DNA of 58,678 nucleotides. Source: Actinomycetes bacterium. GTDB lineage: Bacteria > Actinomycetota > CALGFH01. Location of the stretch: the NCBI GenBank assembly GCA_030146615.1, contig JASLBL010000245.1, positions 1 through 58,678 on the forward strand, given 5' to 3'. Below are positions 51,103 through 58,678 of this stretch, in pieces (within the stretch, counting starts at the first letter, position 1; the number at the start of each line of letters is the position of its first letter). A program made the position numbers and the translations under genes. The notes beneath the pieces were generated by a model, which was not told the DNA's origin, did not search any database, and saw only the letters and a program-made list of their open reading frames with translations.

Positions 51103-52896
51103 TTAGAGCTCCGGCTCGGCGCCGTCCGGCACATGGCGTGCGCTAAACCGCAGCAGCACCTCCATCTGGCGGATCCGCTCGTTGACGACCAGGGCGCCGT
51201 GGCCGGCGTCGAAGCGGTCGAGCTCGAACGGCTTGCCCAGCTCGCGGAGGCGCTCGGTGTAGTTGAGGACCTGCTGGAGGGGGCAGCGGGTGTCGTTGTC
51301 GCCCACCATCAGCAGCACCGGGGTGGCGACCCGGTCGACGTAGGTGATGGGCGAGCGCTCGACGTACAGGTCGTGCTTGTCCTCGGGGCCGCCGCCGAAC
51401 AGGCTGCGGTCGAAGGCCTGGAGGGCCTCGGACTCGTCGGCGTAGGCGGACAGGTAGTCGGCCACCGGGACCACCGCCATAGCCGCCCGCCATCCCTCGG
51501 GGACGGTCCCGATCGCCTGCAGGGTCACGTACCCGCCCCAGGAGGCGCCGCTGATGACCACCTGGCCGGGGTCGGCCAAGCCGCGGGCGACCAGGTCGTC
51601 GCGGCCGGCGACCACGTCCTCGATCTCCGGGCGCCCGGGGTCGCCCTCGAGCACGTCCTGCCAGGCCTTGCCGTAGCCGGTGGAGCCGCGATAGTTGACC
51701 AGCCCGACCGCGTAGCCGTGGTCGACGAACGCCTGGACCTCCGGGTCCCAGCTGTCGGCGTCGTGGTGGTGGGGTCCGCCGTGGACGATCAGCACCGTGG
51801 GATGCGGCCCGGCGCCCGGGGGCACGGCCAGGAACCCGTGGACCTGGTCGCCCTGGGGGTTCGGGAAGGTCCAGCTCTCGTAGGCGACCCCGGAGGGGGC
51901 GCGGGGGCCGGGCGGGCGTAGCACGGCCTCGGAGGCCCCGACGGCCCGGACCTCGGGCGCGGCCGCCCCCGAGGACAGCCGGTACCAGACGGTGCCGTCG
52001 GGCCGCACCCCGGCCCGCTGGATCGACCCGGCCGGGTGGTCGAGCCGCTCCAGGGCGCCGCTGCTCAGGTCGAGGCGGTAGAGCTCGTCGCGGCCCATGT
52101 AGGTGTGGACGACCAGCAGAGCGGCGGCGTCGGGCCACCAGTCGGCCACGTCGACCTCGCCGGGCAGGTCGAGCTCGAGGTCGACCCGCTCGCCGGCCGC
52201 CGGGTCCCAGATGGCCGGCCGCAGCCTGCCGGTCCGGTCGGCGAGCACGACCAGACGCCCGTCCCCGGCGACCGGGGAGAACCCGGCCGAGGCCACGAAC
52301 AGGCCGAAGCCCTCGCCGTCCCACAGGTCGGCCACCGCGCGCATGCCCTCCAGCTCGAAGGCGCGCAGGGCCGGGTGCAGGTTGTCGCCGTGCTCGGCGT
52401 GGTGGACGACCAGCAGGCGGCCGTCGCGGCTCATCCCGCCGACGTCGACCATCTCGTCGTGACGGTACAGCTCCTCGCTGCCGCCGCCAATCTCGCCGAC
52501 CCGGACAGAGAAGCCGTCCCGGCTGGCCAGCCCGACCGCCACCCGCCCCTTGGGACCGAGGGCGAGCCCGGCGCTCCAGGCGGGCTCGGCGTCGGCGACC
52601 AGCCGGGTCGCCTCGCCGCCCTCGAACGGCTGCTGGAGCCAGCGGCCGACCTCGTCGCCCTTGGAGTCCTCGAACCAGACGACGCGGCTGCCGTCGGGGG
52701 TCAGGCCGGCCGCGACCACACCGGTCGGGTGGTCCGACACCTGGCGGTGCCGGTCGGCGGCCCGGTCCCAGGCGTGGACCTGCCAGGAGCCGGAGAGGTT
52801 GGAGACGTAGACAAGGCGGTCCGGGTCGTCTGGCGCCCACCTCGGGAGAGTCAGCGAGGGGGCCCGGTAGCGCTGCTTCCAGCGAGGCTCGCTCAT
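51103..52896 (-). CDS. S9 family serine peptidase (prolyl oligopeptidase / acylaminoacyl-peptidase type)
   Basis: N-terminal beta-propeller-like region. Nucleophile elbow ISGASWGGY, later GDNDTRCP and DAGHG. Confidence 0.85.
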   Translation of the reverse strand: MSEPRWKQRYRAPSLTLPRWAPDDPDRLVYVSNLSGSWQVHAWDRAADRHRQVSDHPTGVVAAGLTPDGSRVVWFEDSKGDEVGRWLQQPFEGGEATRLVADAEPAWSAGLALGPKGRVAVGLASRDGFSVRVGEIGGGSEELYRHDEMVDVGGMSRDGRLLVVHHAEHGDNLHPALRAFELEGMRAVADLWDGEGFGLFVASAGFSPVAGDGRLVVLADRTGRLRPAIWDPAAGERVDLELDLPGEVDVADWWPDAAALLVVHTYMGRDELYRLDLSSGALERLDHPAGSIQRAGVRPDGTVWYRLSSGAAAPEVRAVGASEAVLRPPGPRAPSGVAYESWTFPNPQGDQVHGFLAVPPGAGPHPTVLIVHGGPHHHDADSWDPEVQAFVDHGYAVGLVNYRGSTGYGKAWQDVLEGDPGRPEIEDVVAGRDDLVARGLADPGQVVISGASWGGYVTLQAIGTVPEGWRAAMAVVPVADYLSAYADESEALQAFDRSLFGGGPEDKHDLYVERSPITYVDRVATPVLLMVGDNDTRCPLQQVLNYTERLRELGKPFELDRFDAGHGALVVNERIRQMEVLLRFSARHVPDGAEPEL

Positions 52897-52911
52897 GGGA
52901 GCATCCTACTT

Positions 52912-53775
52912 ATGCCGCCTGGACAGAGCATCCTGATCACCGGTGCCACCTCGGGCATCGGCCGGGACGCGGCCCTGCGCCTGGCCCGGGCCGGGCACCT
53001 GGTCCTGGCCGGCGGCCGCCGGCCCGACGCCCTGGCCGCCCTGACCCGCGAGGGCGGGGGCCGGGTGGAGCCGGTGGTACTGGACGTGACCGACCCGGCC
53101 TCGGTCGAGGCAGCCCGCGAGCTGGTCGACCGCCGCACCGGCGGCCGCGGCATCGACGTGCTGGTCAACAACGCCGGCTACGCCCTCCCGGGCCCCCTTG
53201 AGACCTTGTCGGAGCGGGACCTGCGCGCGCTGTTCGACACCAACGTGTTCGGCCTGCTGGCGGTGACCCGGACGTTCGTCCCCGCCATGCGCGGGCGCGG
53301 CCAGGGCCGGGTCGTGAACGTCGGCAGCATCATGGGCCGGGTCGCCATGCCCCTCCTGGGCGCCTACAACGCCACCAAGCATGCCGTCGCCGCCATCACC
53401 GACGCCCTCCGCATGGAGCTGGCCCCCTTCGGCATCACCGTGGTCCTGGTCGAGCCGGGCGCCATCCGAACCGGGTTCGCCGCCACGGCCCTCGCCACCC
53501 TGGCCCCCGACCGCGACCCAGGCTCCCCGTACGCGACCGCCCTCGCCGCCACCGAGGAGGTCTGGGCCCGGGTCTACCGGTTCGCCCCCGGCCCGGCGGC
53601 GGCGGGTCGGGCGGTCGTTCGCGCCGCCACCTCGCCCCGCCCGGCCGCCCGCTACACGGTCCCGTTCAGCAACCGCCTGCTCGTGGCCACCCTGTCCGGG
53701 CTCCCGACCCCGGCCGCCGACGCCACCAAACGCCTGATCATGGGCCTCCCGCCGTTCAGGCGTCGAGCGCGGTGA
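52912..53775 (+). CDS. short-chain dehydrogenase/reductase (SDR)
   Basis: ATG 52912. TGATSGIGRD, NNAG, YNATK. Confidence 0.85.
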   Translation: MPPGQSILITGATSGIGRDAALRLARAGHLVLAGGRRPDALAALTREGGGRVEPVVLDVTDPASVEAARELVDRRTGGRGIDVLVNNAGYALPGPLETLSERDLRALFDTNVFGLLAVTRTFVPAMRGRGQGRVVNVGSIMGRVAMPLLGAYNATKHAVAAITDALRMELAPFGITVVLVEPGAIRTGFAATALATLAPDRDPGSPYATALAATEEVWARVYRFAPGPAAAGRAVVRAATSPRPAARYTVPFSNRLLVATLSGLPTPAADATKRLIMGLPPFRRRAR

Positions 53776-55243
53776 CCTCGATCCCGAACTCGATCGTCCA
53801 GGGGCCGTCGCCGGCGTCGGGGCCGGGCCGCTCGGGGAGGGGGGCGTCGGGGGCGGTCGGGAGCGGGGCCGGGAGGCCGGGGCGGCTGCGGTAGGCGTGG
53901 TCGCCGGTGCCCCAGTCGTCGAGGCCGAGGTAGGGCTCGCGGACCATCCCGGCCGGCGAACCGTCGCCGTCCTCGCCGGTGACGGCGACCGACAGGACCG
54001 AGCTGGGGTTGAGGACCAGGTCGAACCGCTGGTCGAGCTCGAACCGCTTGCCGTCCTGGACGTCGGCCGCCCCCTCCTCCGGCCAGCGGGCCGCCTGGTC
54101 GCCGACGTTCAGGCGCAGCACCAGCCGGCCCCCGACGGCATCGGCGTCCTCGACGGTGACGCCGGTGAAGGTCACCGTGACCCGGGAGCGGCGGTGCGGG
54201 GGGATCACGGTGACGCCGACCTCGTCCACCGCGCCCGGCTCGCCCGGGGGGATGCCCAGCCAGCAGCCCTCCTCGGAGAGGTAGCCGGCGGCGATGGCGT
54301 AGCTGCCGGGGACCGTGCCGAAGCCGTCGCTGGCCTTGAACACTGCCCGCTCCTCGCCCGGCTCCAGCGGGGTCGGGTCGCCGTCGCCGCCCAGGAAGCG
54401 GTCGAGGTTCTCGCCGGCCGGGCCGCGGACGGCCAGCCGCAGCTCCGACAGGTGGGCCCGGTAGTCGCCGTAGTTGCGGGCGGTGAACTGGGCGACGAAG
54501 TTCCCGCCGAGGGTGGGGGTCCAGGAGTTGACCCAGATCCCCTTGGCCGCCCCGAGGTCGATGTAGGGCGGGCGCTCGCGGGCGTAGTCCTGGAGGAACA
54601 GCCCCCGCCACGGCCCGTCGCCGGCGCTCGCCTCCCAGCACCGGTCGCCCGGCTCGAACCCGAGCACGACCTCGTCGTCGGGGTGGTGGCTGTCGTAGAC
54701 GAACAGCCGGATCGGCGGTCCGCCGCCCGGCCCTGGACCCTCGTCGTCGTAGCCGTAGGCGACCACCTGACGGTTGCGGCCCACCTCCTCCAGGGAGCGG
54801 GCGCCGACCAGGCCGAGGACCACCGGGCGGCCGGCGTCGATGCTGCGCCGCACCCGGGGCAGCTCGTCGGTGGTGAGCCGGGCGACCCCCGCCGAGGACC
54901 AGGTCGGGTGGTCCTCGGCCAGCGACCAGGTCAGGAACTGGCGGGCGCTCCAGGTGGCGTAGCTGTCGAACAACCGCTTGTGGATGAAGTCGGCCAGGCG
55001 GGTGCCGTCGTCGGGGACGGCCCGGTCGGGGAAGTCCTCAGGGCGGTGCGAGGGTACCGGCAGGCCCGCGAACCAGTAGTCGAGCGCCGCGAACGCCATG
55101 CCACCGGAACGACCGTCGGTGGCCACCTCGCCGTAGCCTGGAATGGTCACGACCTTGTCCACGAAGTCGTTGGCGAAGTGGAATCCGTGCGCGCGTGGAT
55201 CGAAGCCGGTTCTCGGCACAGGCCCCCCCTGAAGATCTTGCAC
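53756..55243 (-). CDS. 495-aa cytoplasmic protein of unknown function (three-domain)
   Basis: GTG 55243, no signal peptide. N-terminal domain of about 215 aa, followed by two beta-rich segments. The 3' end overlaps the SDR gene by 20 nt (convergent). Confidence 0.6.
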   Translation of the reverse strand: MQDLQGGPVPRTGFDPRAHGFHFANDFVDKVVTIPGYGEVATDGRSGGMAFAALDYWFAGLPVPSHRPEDFPDRAVPDDGTRLADFIHKRLFDSYATWSARQFLTWSLAEDHPTWSSAGVARLTTDELPRVRRSIDAGRPVVLGLVGARSLEEVGRNRQVVAYGYDDEGPGPGGGPPIRLFVYDSHHPDDEVVLGFEPGDRCWEASAGDGPWRGLFLQDYARERPPYIDLGAAKGIWVNSWTPTLGGNFVAQFTARNYGDYRAHLSELRLAVRGPAGENLDRFLGGDGDPTPLEPGEERAVFKASDGFGTVPGSYAIAAGYLSEEGCWLGIPPGEPGAVDEVGVTVIPPHRRSRVTVTFTGVTVEDADAVGGRLVLRLNVGDQAARWPEEGAADVQDGKRFELDQRFDLVLNPSSVLSVAVTGEDGDGSPAGMVREPYLGLDDWGTGDHAYRSRPGLPAPLPTAPDAPLPERPGPDAGDGPWTIEFGIEVTALDA

Positions 55244-55329
55244 CGGACGAATGTCGCGATCCTCGCTCCCGGTCCCCCTTCAAGGCAATAGTCCGAAGGC
55301 ATCTAGTCAGTCGGTGTAGGCCGGTCCGG

Positions 55330-55353
55330 CATGTCCCCCGTCCAGGGGACATG
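55330..55353. promoter_or_regulatory. perfect 9-bp inverted repeat in divergent intergenic region
   Basis: CATGTCCCC-CGTCCA-GGGGACATG, 60 nt upstream of ATG 55413. Confidence 0.4.
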
Positions 55354-55412
55354 CAAGAGTATTCATCCGGCCTATTGGTGCGGGCGTCGCGAAGCGTCAG
55401 CATGTCGCCTCC

Positions 55413-57617
55413 ATGCTTCCAACCGCACCGATCCGTGTCCTGATCGCCGACGACCTCCCGGAGCTGCGAACGCTGCTCAGGACGACCCTCCAGGGACGGG
55501 GATTCCAGCTGGTCGGGGAGGCCGGGGACGGTCGCGAGACCCTCGCCCTGGCCGTCGACCGGGAGCCCGACGTCGTCGTGCTCGACCTCGGCATGCGCGG
55601 GATCGCCGGCCCCGACCTGGTCGCCGAGCTGCGCCGTCGGGCCCCGGCGGTCCGGGTGGTGGCCCTGTCGGCCTTCGCCGACACCGAGCAGCGGCGCCGG
55701 GCCCTCGACCTGGGCGCCCATGCCTCCCTGGACAAGGACGTCGACCCCGACCAGCTGGTGGCGACCCTGCGCGAGGTCTGCGGGCGGGCCTTCGGGCCGG
55801 TGGCCCTCCCCCCGCCGGAAGGGCTGGAGGGGCTGGCCGCCGACGAGCTGGAGCGGGTCTGGAGCACCCTGGCCGCCGCCCCGGTGGCCACCGCCGTGGT
55901 CGGCCCCGACGGCCGCTTCCTCAAGGTCAACGCCGCCCTGAGCGCGCTCGTCGGCCACCCCGAGGGCGCCCTGCTGGCCGCCGGCTACCAGGCCGTCGTC
56001 CATCCCGAGGACCGGGACGCCGACCTCGAGCAGCTCCAGCGCCTGCTCGCCGGGGAGGCGACCGGCTACCAGCTCCAGCAGCGCTGCCGGCGGATCGACG
56101 GGGAGGCGATCTCGGTGCTCTGCAACACCTGGCTGGCCACCACCCAGCGCGGCGACCCGCTGCACCTCGACGGCCAGGGACGGCCCCGCTACGTGGTCCG
56201 CCAGCTGGTCGACCTGCGCGAGGGCCGCCGCCCCGAGGACCAGCTGGCCTGGCGGGCCACCCACGACGCCCTGACCGGGCTGCCCAACCGCAGCCTGTTC
56301 CTGGACCGGCTGGAGATGACCCTGGCCCGCCTTGGCCGCGACCCCGCCCTGGCCGCCGTGCTCGTGGTCGACCTGGACCGCTTCAAGGAGGTGGCCGAGC
56401 GCTTCGGCGACGACGCCGTGGACCGGCTGCTGGTCGCGGTCGCCGGCCGCCTGCGCAGCATCCTGCGGCCCAGCGACACCGTGTCGCGGTTCGGCAGCGA
56501 CGAGTTCGCCGTCCTCTGCCCGGACCTGGCCCACGAGCGGGACGCGGTCCGCCTGGCCGAGCGGATGACCGCCGGGCTGGCCACCCCGTTCGCTATCAGC
56601 TCCCGGGAGGACACGAATCCCATGCGGTTCGCTGAGTCCCCCAGGCCGAGTTCTCCCGTCGGGGGCCAGGAGATCGTGGTCTCGGCCAGCATCGGCATCG
56701 CCCTGACCGGGTCGCGGACACGCCGGGCCGAGTCGCTGCTGTCGGACGCCGACACCGCCCTCCAGCGGGCCAAGCACCGCGGCGGCGGCATCTACGAGCT
56801 GTTCGACGAGACGGTCAGGGCCCAGCTGATCGAGCGCCTGGAGCTGGAGCAGGCCCTGCGCCAGGCGGTCGACGCCGACGAGCTGCGCGCCCTCTACCAG
56901 CCGATCGTCTCCCTCAAGGAGGGGCGCCTGGTCGGGGTCGAGGCCCTGGTCCGCTGGGACCAGCCGGGCCGGGGCCAGCTGCTGCCGGCCGAGTTCGTCC
57001 CCTTCGCCGAGGAGACCGGCCTGATCGTCCCCCTCGGCGCCTGGGTCCTGGCCGAGAGCTGCCGCCAGGCGGCCCGCTGGCGGGCCAACGGCCCCCGCAC
57101 CCTGCCCCCGACCGTGCACGTCAACCTGTCGCCGCGCCAGTTCGCCGAGCCCCACCTGATCGACCTGGTCGCCGGGGCCCTGGCCGACACCGGCACCGAC
57201 CCCGACCGGCTCTGCCTCGAGGTCACCGAGCGGGCCCTGGCCGCCAACCCGGCCTCGGCCGCCACCACCCTCAAGCGCCTGTCCGCCCTCGGCGTTCACG
57301 TCTCGGTCGACGACTTCGGCACCGGCTACTCGTCCCTGGCCTCGCTCCAGTACCTGCCGCTGTCCTCGCTCAAGATCGACCGCTCGTTCGTGGCCCGCCT
57401 GGACCTCGACCCCTCCGACGACGCCATGGTCGCGGCCGTCATCGGCCTCGGCCACACCCTCGGCCTGACCGTCATCGCCGAGGGCGTCGAGACCTCCCGC
57501 CAGCTGGCCAAGCTCGACCAGCTGGGCTGCGACTACGCCCAGGGCTACCTGTTCGCCCGCCCCGAGACCGCCTCCCGGGTCGGCGAGCTCCTCGGCCACG
57601 ACCGCCGCTGGCAGTAG
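55413..57617 (+). CDS. response regulator with PAS, degenerate GGDEF and intact EAL domains
   Basis: REC: VLIADD, VVVLDLGM, SLDKD. GGDEF region with RFGSDEF. EAL blocks: YQPIV, VEALVRW, NLS, LEVTE, DDFGTGYSSL, KIDRSF, AEGVET, QGY. Confidence 0.85.
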   Translation: MLPTAPIRVLIADDLPELRTLLRTTLQGRGFQLVGEAGDGRETLALAVDREPDVVVLDLGMRGIAGPDLVAELRRRAPAVRVVALSAFADTEQRRRALDLGAHASLDKDVDPDQLVATLREVCGRAFGPVALPPPEGLEGLAADELERVWSTLAAAPVATAVVGPDGRFLKVNAALSALVGHPEGALLAAGYQAVVHPEDRDADLEQLQRLLAGEATGYQLQQRCRRIDGEAISVLCNTWLATTQRGDPLHLDGQGRPRYVVRQLVDLREGRRPEDQLAWRATHDALTGLPNRSLFLDRLEMTLARLGRDPALAAVLVVDLDRFKEVAERFGDDAVDRLLVAVAGRLRSILRPSDTVSRFGSDEFAVLCPDLAHERDAVRLAERMTAGLATPFAISSREDTNPMRFAESPRPSSPVGGQEIVVSASIGIALTGSRTRRAESLLSDADTALQRAKHRGGGIYELFDETVRAQLIERLELEQALRQAVDADELRALYQPIVSLKEGRLVGVEALVRWDQPGRGQLLPAEFVPFAEETGLIVPLGAWVLAESCRQAARWRANGPRTLPPTVHVNLSPRQFAEPHLIDLVAGALADTGTDPDRLCLEVTERALAANPASAATTLKRLSALGVHVSVDDFGTGYSSLASLQYLPLSSLKIDRSFVARLDLDPSDDAMVAAVIGLGHTLGLTVIAEGVETSRQLAKLDQLGCDYAQGYLFARPETASRVGELLGHDRRWQ

Positions 57618-57638
57618 CGGTTGGTCTAGGGTGACGCC

Positions 57639-58373
57639 ATGGAGCAGCTGCCGCCTGGCGGGTTCGTCAACGCGGTGGTCCGGGTCGGCGACACCGTCCG
57701 CCGGCCGCCGTCGCCCAACGCCGGGTTCGTCCACGACCTGCTGGCCCACCTGGAACGCCACGGCTGGACCGGCGCCCCCCGGTACCTGGGCACCGACGCC
57801 GACGGGCGCGAGATCCTGAGCTTCCTGGAGGGCCACGTCGCCTGGGAGGACCGGCAGCCGGCCGAGGTCGGGTCGGACGAGAGCCTGGCCGAGGTGGCCC
57901 GGCTCGCCCGCCAGCTCCACGACCTGACGGCGGGCACGCCCCTGGCCCGCCCCGGCGAGGTGGTCTGCCACAACGACCTGTCGCCGAAGAACACCGTCTA
58001 CCTCGACCGCGGGCACGGGCTACGCCCGGTGGCGTTCATCGACTGGGACATCGCCGGCCCAGGCGACCGGCTGCACGACGTGGCCCACGTCTGCTGGCAG
58101 TACCTCCCGCTCGGCCCGGCCTCCGGCGACCTGGACGCGGCGGCCCGGCGGCTGCGGCTGGTCTGCGACAGCTACGGCCTGGAGGACCGGACCGGCCTCG
58201 TCGACACCGTCCTGTGGTGGCAGGACCGGTGCTGGCGGGGTATCGAGGCCGGGGCGGCGGCCGGCGACCCGGCCATGCGGCGGCTTCGTCACCGGGGCAC
58301 TGTCCGAGCCGTGTGGGCCGACCATGCCTGGGTGACCGCCCACCGCAAGCGCCTGGAGGCGGCGGTCGCCTAA
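57639..58373 (+). CDS. phosphotransferase (APH/choline-kinase-like) family protein
   Basis: VVCHNDLSPKN (HxDxxxxN) and FIDWDIAGPG. Confidence 0.75.
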   Translation: MEQLPPGGFVNAVVRVGDTVRRPPSPNAGFVHDLLAHLERHGWTGAPRYLGTDADGREILSFLEGHVAWEDRQPAEVGSDESLAEVARLARQLHDLTAGTPLARPGEVVCHNDLSPKNTVYLDRGHGLRPVAFIDWDIAGPGDRLHDVAHVCWQYLPLGPASGDLDAAARRLRLVCDSYGLEDRTGLVDTVLWWQDRCWRGIEAGAAAGDPAMRRLRHRGTVRAVWADHAWVTAHRKRLEAAVA

Positions 58374-58423
58374 CGCGGAACCTGTCGGCCGGCGGTGGTG
58401 TATGAGGATGCGAGACCGAGTCC

Positions 58424-58678
58424 GTGGAGGGCCGACCACTGGACGAACAGGAGCTCGTCGAGCAGGCACGAGGGGGTGACGCGCGTGCCTACGAGGTGCT
58501 GGTCCGGCGGTACCAGGACCTCGCCTTCCGGACGGCGTGCGTGATCGCCGGAGGGTCGGCCGACGCCGAGGACGCCGCCCAGGAGGGGTTCGTGAAGGCC
58601 TGGTACGCGCTGCCGCGGTTCAGAGCCGGGTCGCCGTTCCGGCCGTGGCTGCTGGCGATCGTGGCCAACGAGGCCCGC
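58424..58678 (+). CDS. ECF-type sigma-70 family factor, N-terminal part (runs off window)
   Basis: Frame from GTG 58424: VEGRPLDEQELVEQARGGDARAYEVLVRRYQDLAFRTACVIAGGSADAEDAAQEGFVKAWYALPRFRAGSPFRPWLLAIVANEAR (sigma region 2). Confidence 0.7.
   Translation, partial: MEGRPLDEQELVEQARGGDARAYEVLVRRYQDLAFRTACVIAGGSADAEDAAQEGFVKAWYALPRFRAGSPFRPWLLAIVANEAR

Noticed and set aside
55038-58016. 992-aa minus-strand ORF
   Set aside because: It is antisense to the REC-PAS-GGDEF-EAL and APH genes, both of which have complete motif sets on the plus strand.
1-58678. Mobile elements, prophage, defence systems (CRISPR-Cas, R-M, TA, retron, Abi-type), tRNA/rRNA genes
   Set aside because: I read all supportable ORFs. 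None has transposase, integrase, recombinase, Cas, methylase/endonuclease or toxin-antitoxin signatures. No terminal inverted repeats or tRNA-like cloverleaf segments were noticed. A covariance-model or HMM scan would be needed to exclude them formally.

Overview
Very GC-rich bacterial chromosomal segment. The gene content looks like Actinomycetota: a PdtaS/PdtaR pair, a class F-type sortase next to a DUF4397 protein, membrane-anchored cupredoxins, frequent GTG starts, and 4-nt ATGA/GTGA gene overlaps. About 50 protein-coding genes can be supported. I recognised no rRNA, tRNA, CRISPR array, transposase, integrase or phage genes. Most long ORFs in the six-frame track are alternate-frame or antisense artefacts of the GC content (Arg/Pro/Gly/Ala-rich, no motifs). 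Several real genes start well inside the listed ORF.

Left to right:
- Truncated secreted GH26-like hydrolase.
- Tightly packed six-gene minus-strand operon under a divergent Lrp/AsnC regulator: APC permease, nucleotidyltransferase-fold protein, metallophosphoesterase, glutamine-synthetase-like ligase, DUF1116, acetamidase/formamidase.
- Aminotransferase, then a J-domain protein.
- Frameshifted Nramp gene followed by a cupredoxin cluster that includes a triple-cupredoxin protein.
- Thioesterase and small membrane proteins.
- aceB-glcDEF glycolate/glyoxylate operon, then pdxH.
- MacB-type ABC pair, ROK kinase, PQQ sugar dehydrogenase.
- Decayed gene remnant, an LMW-PTP-like protein lacking the catalytic Cys, HTH_42 (YcaQ-like) protein, VOC protein.
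- Sulfatase, PspC, methyltransferase.
- gltB followed by the ANTAR regulator pdtaR.
- DUF4397 - sortase - 1,641-aa multidomain membrane protein operon.
- pdtaS, 2-hydroxyacid dehydrogenase, EEP nuclease/phosphatase, S9 peptidase, SDR.
- 495-aa unknown protein, REC-PAS-GGDEF-EAL regulator, APH-type kinase, and the start of an ECF sigma factor.

Best candidates for something undescribed:
1. The giant chimeric protein (pseudo-receiver, about 550 aa of Ala/Arg/Glu helix-type repeats, GT-C-like polytopic core, LGFP-like ectodomain). It is translationally coupled to a sortase/DUF4397 pair and bracketed by pdtaS and gltB-pdtaR.
2. The Lrp-controlled GS-like/DUF1116/formamidase operon, which lacks the usual DUF1116 partners.
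3. A terminator-like hairpin in the gltB leader, with an ANTAR regulator encoded directly downstream.

All family assignments come from motif reading by eye, not from searches.
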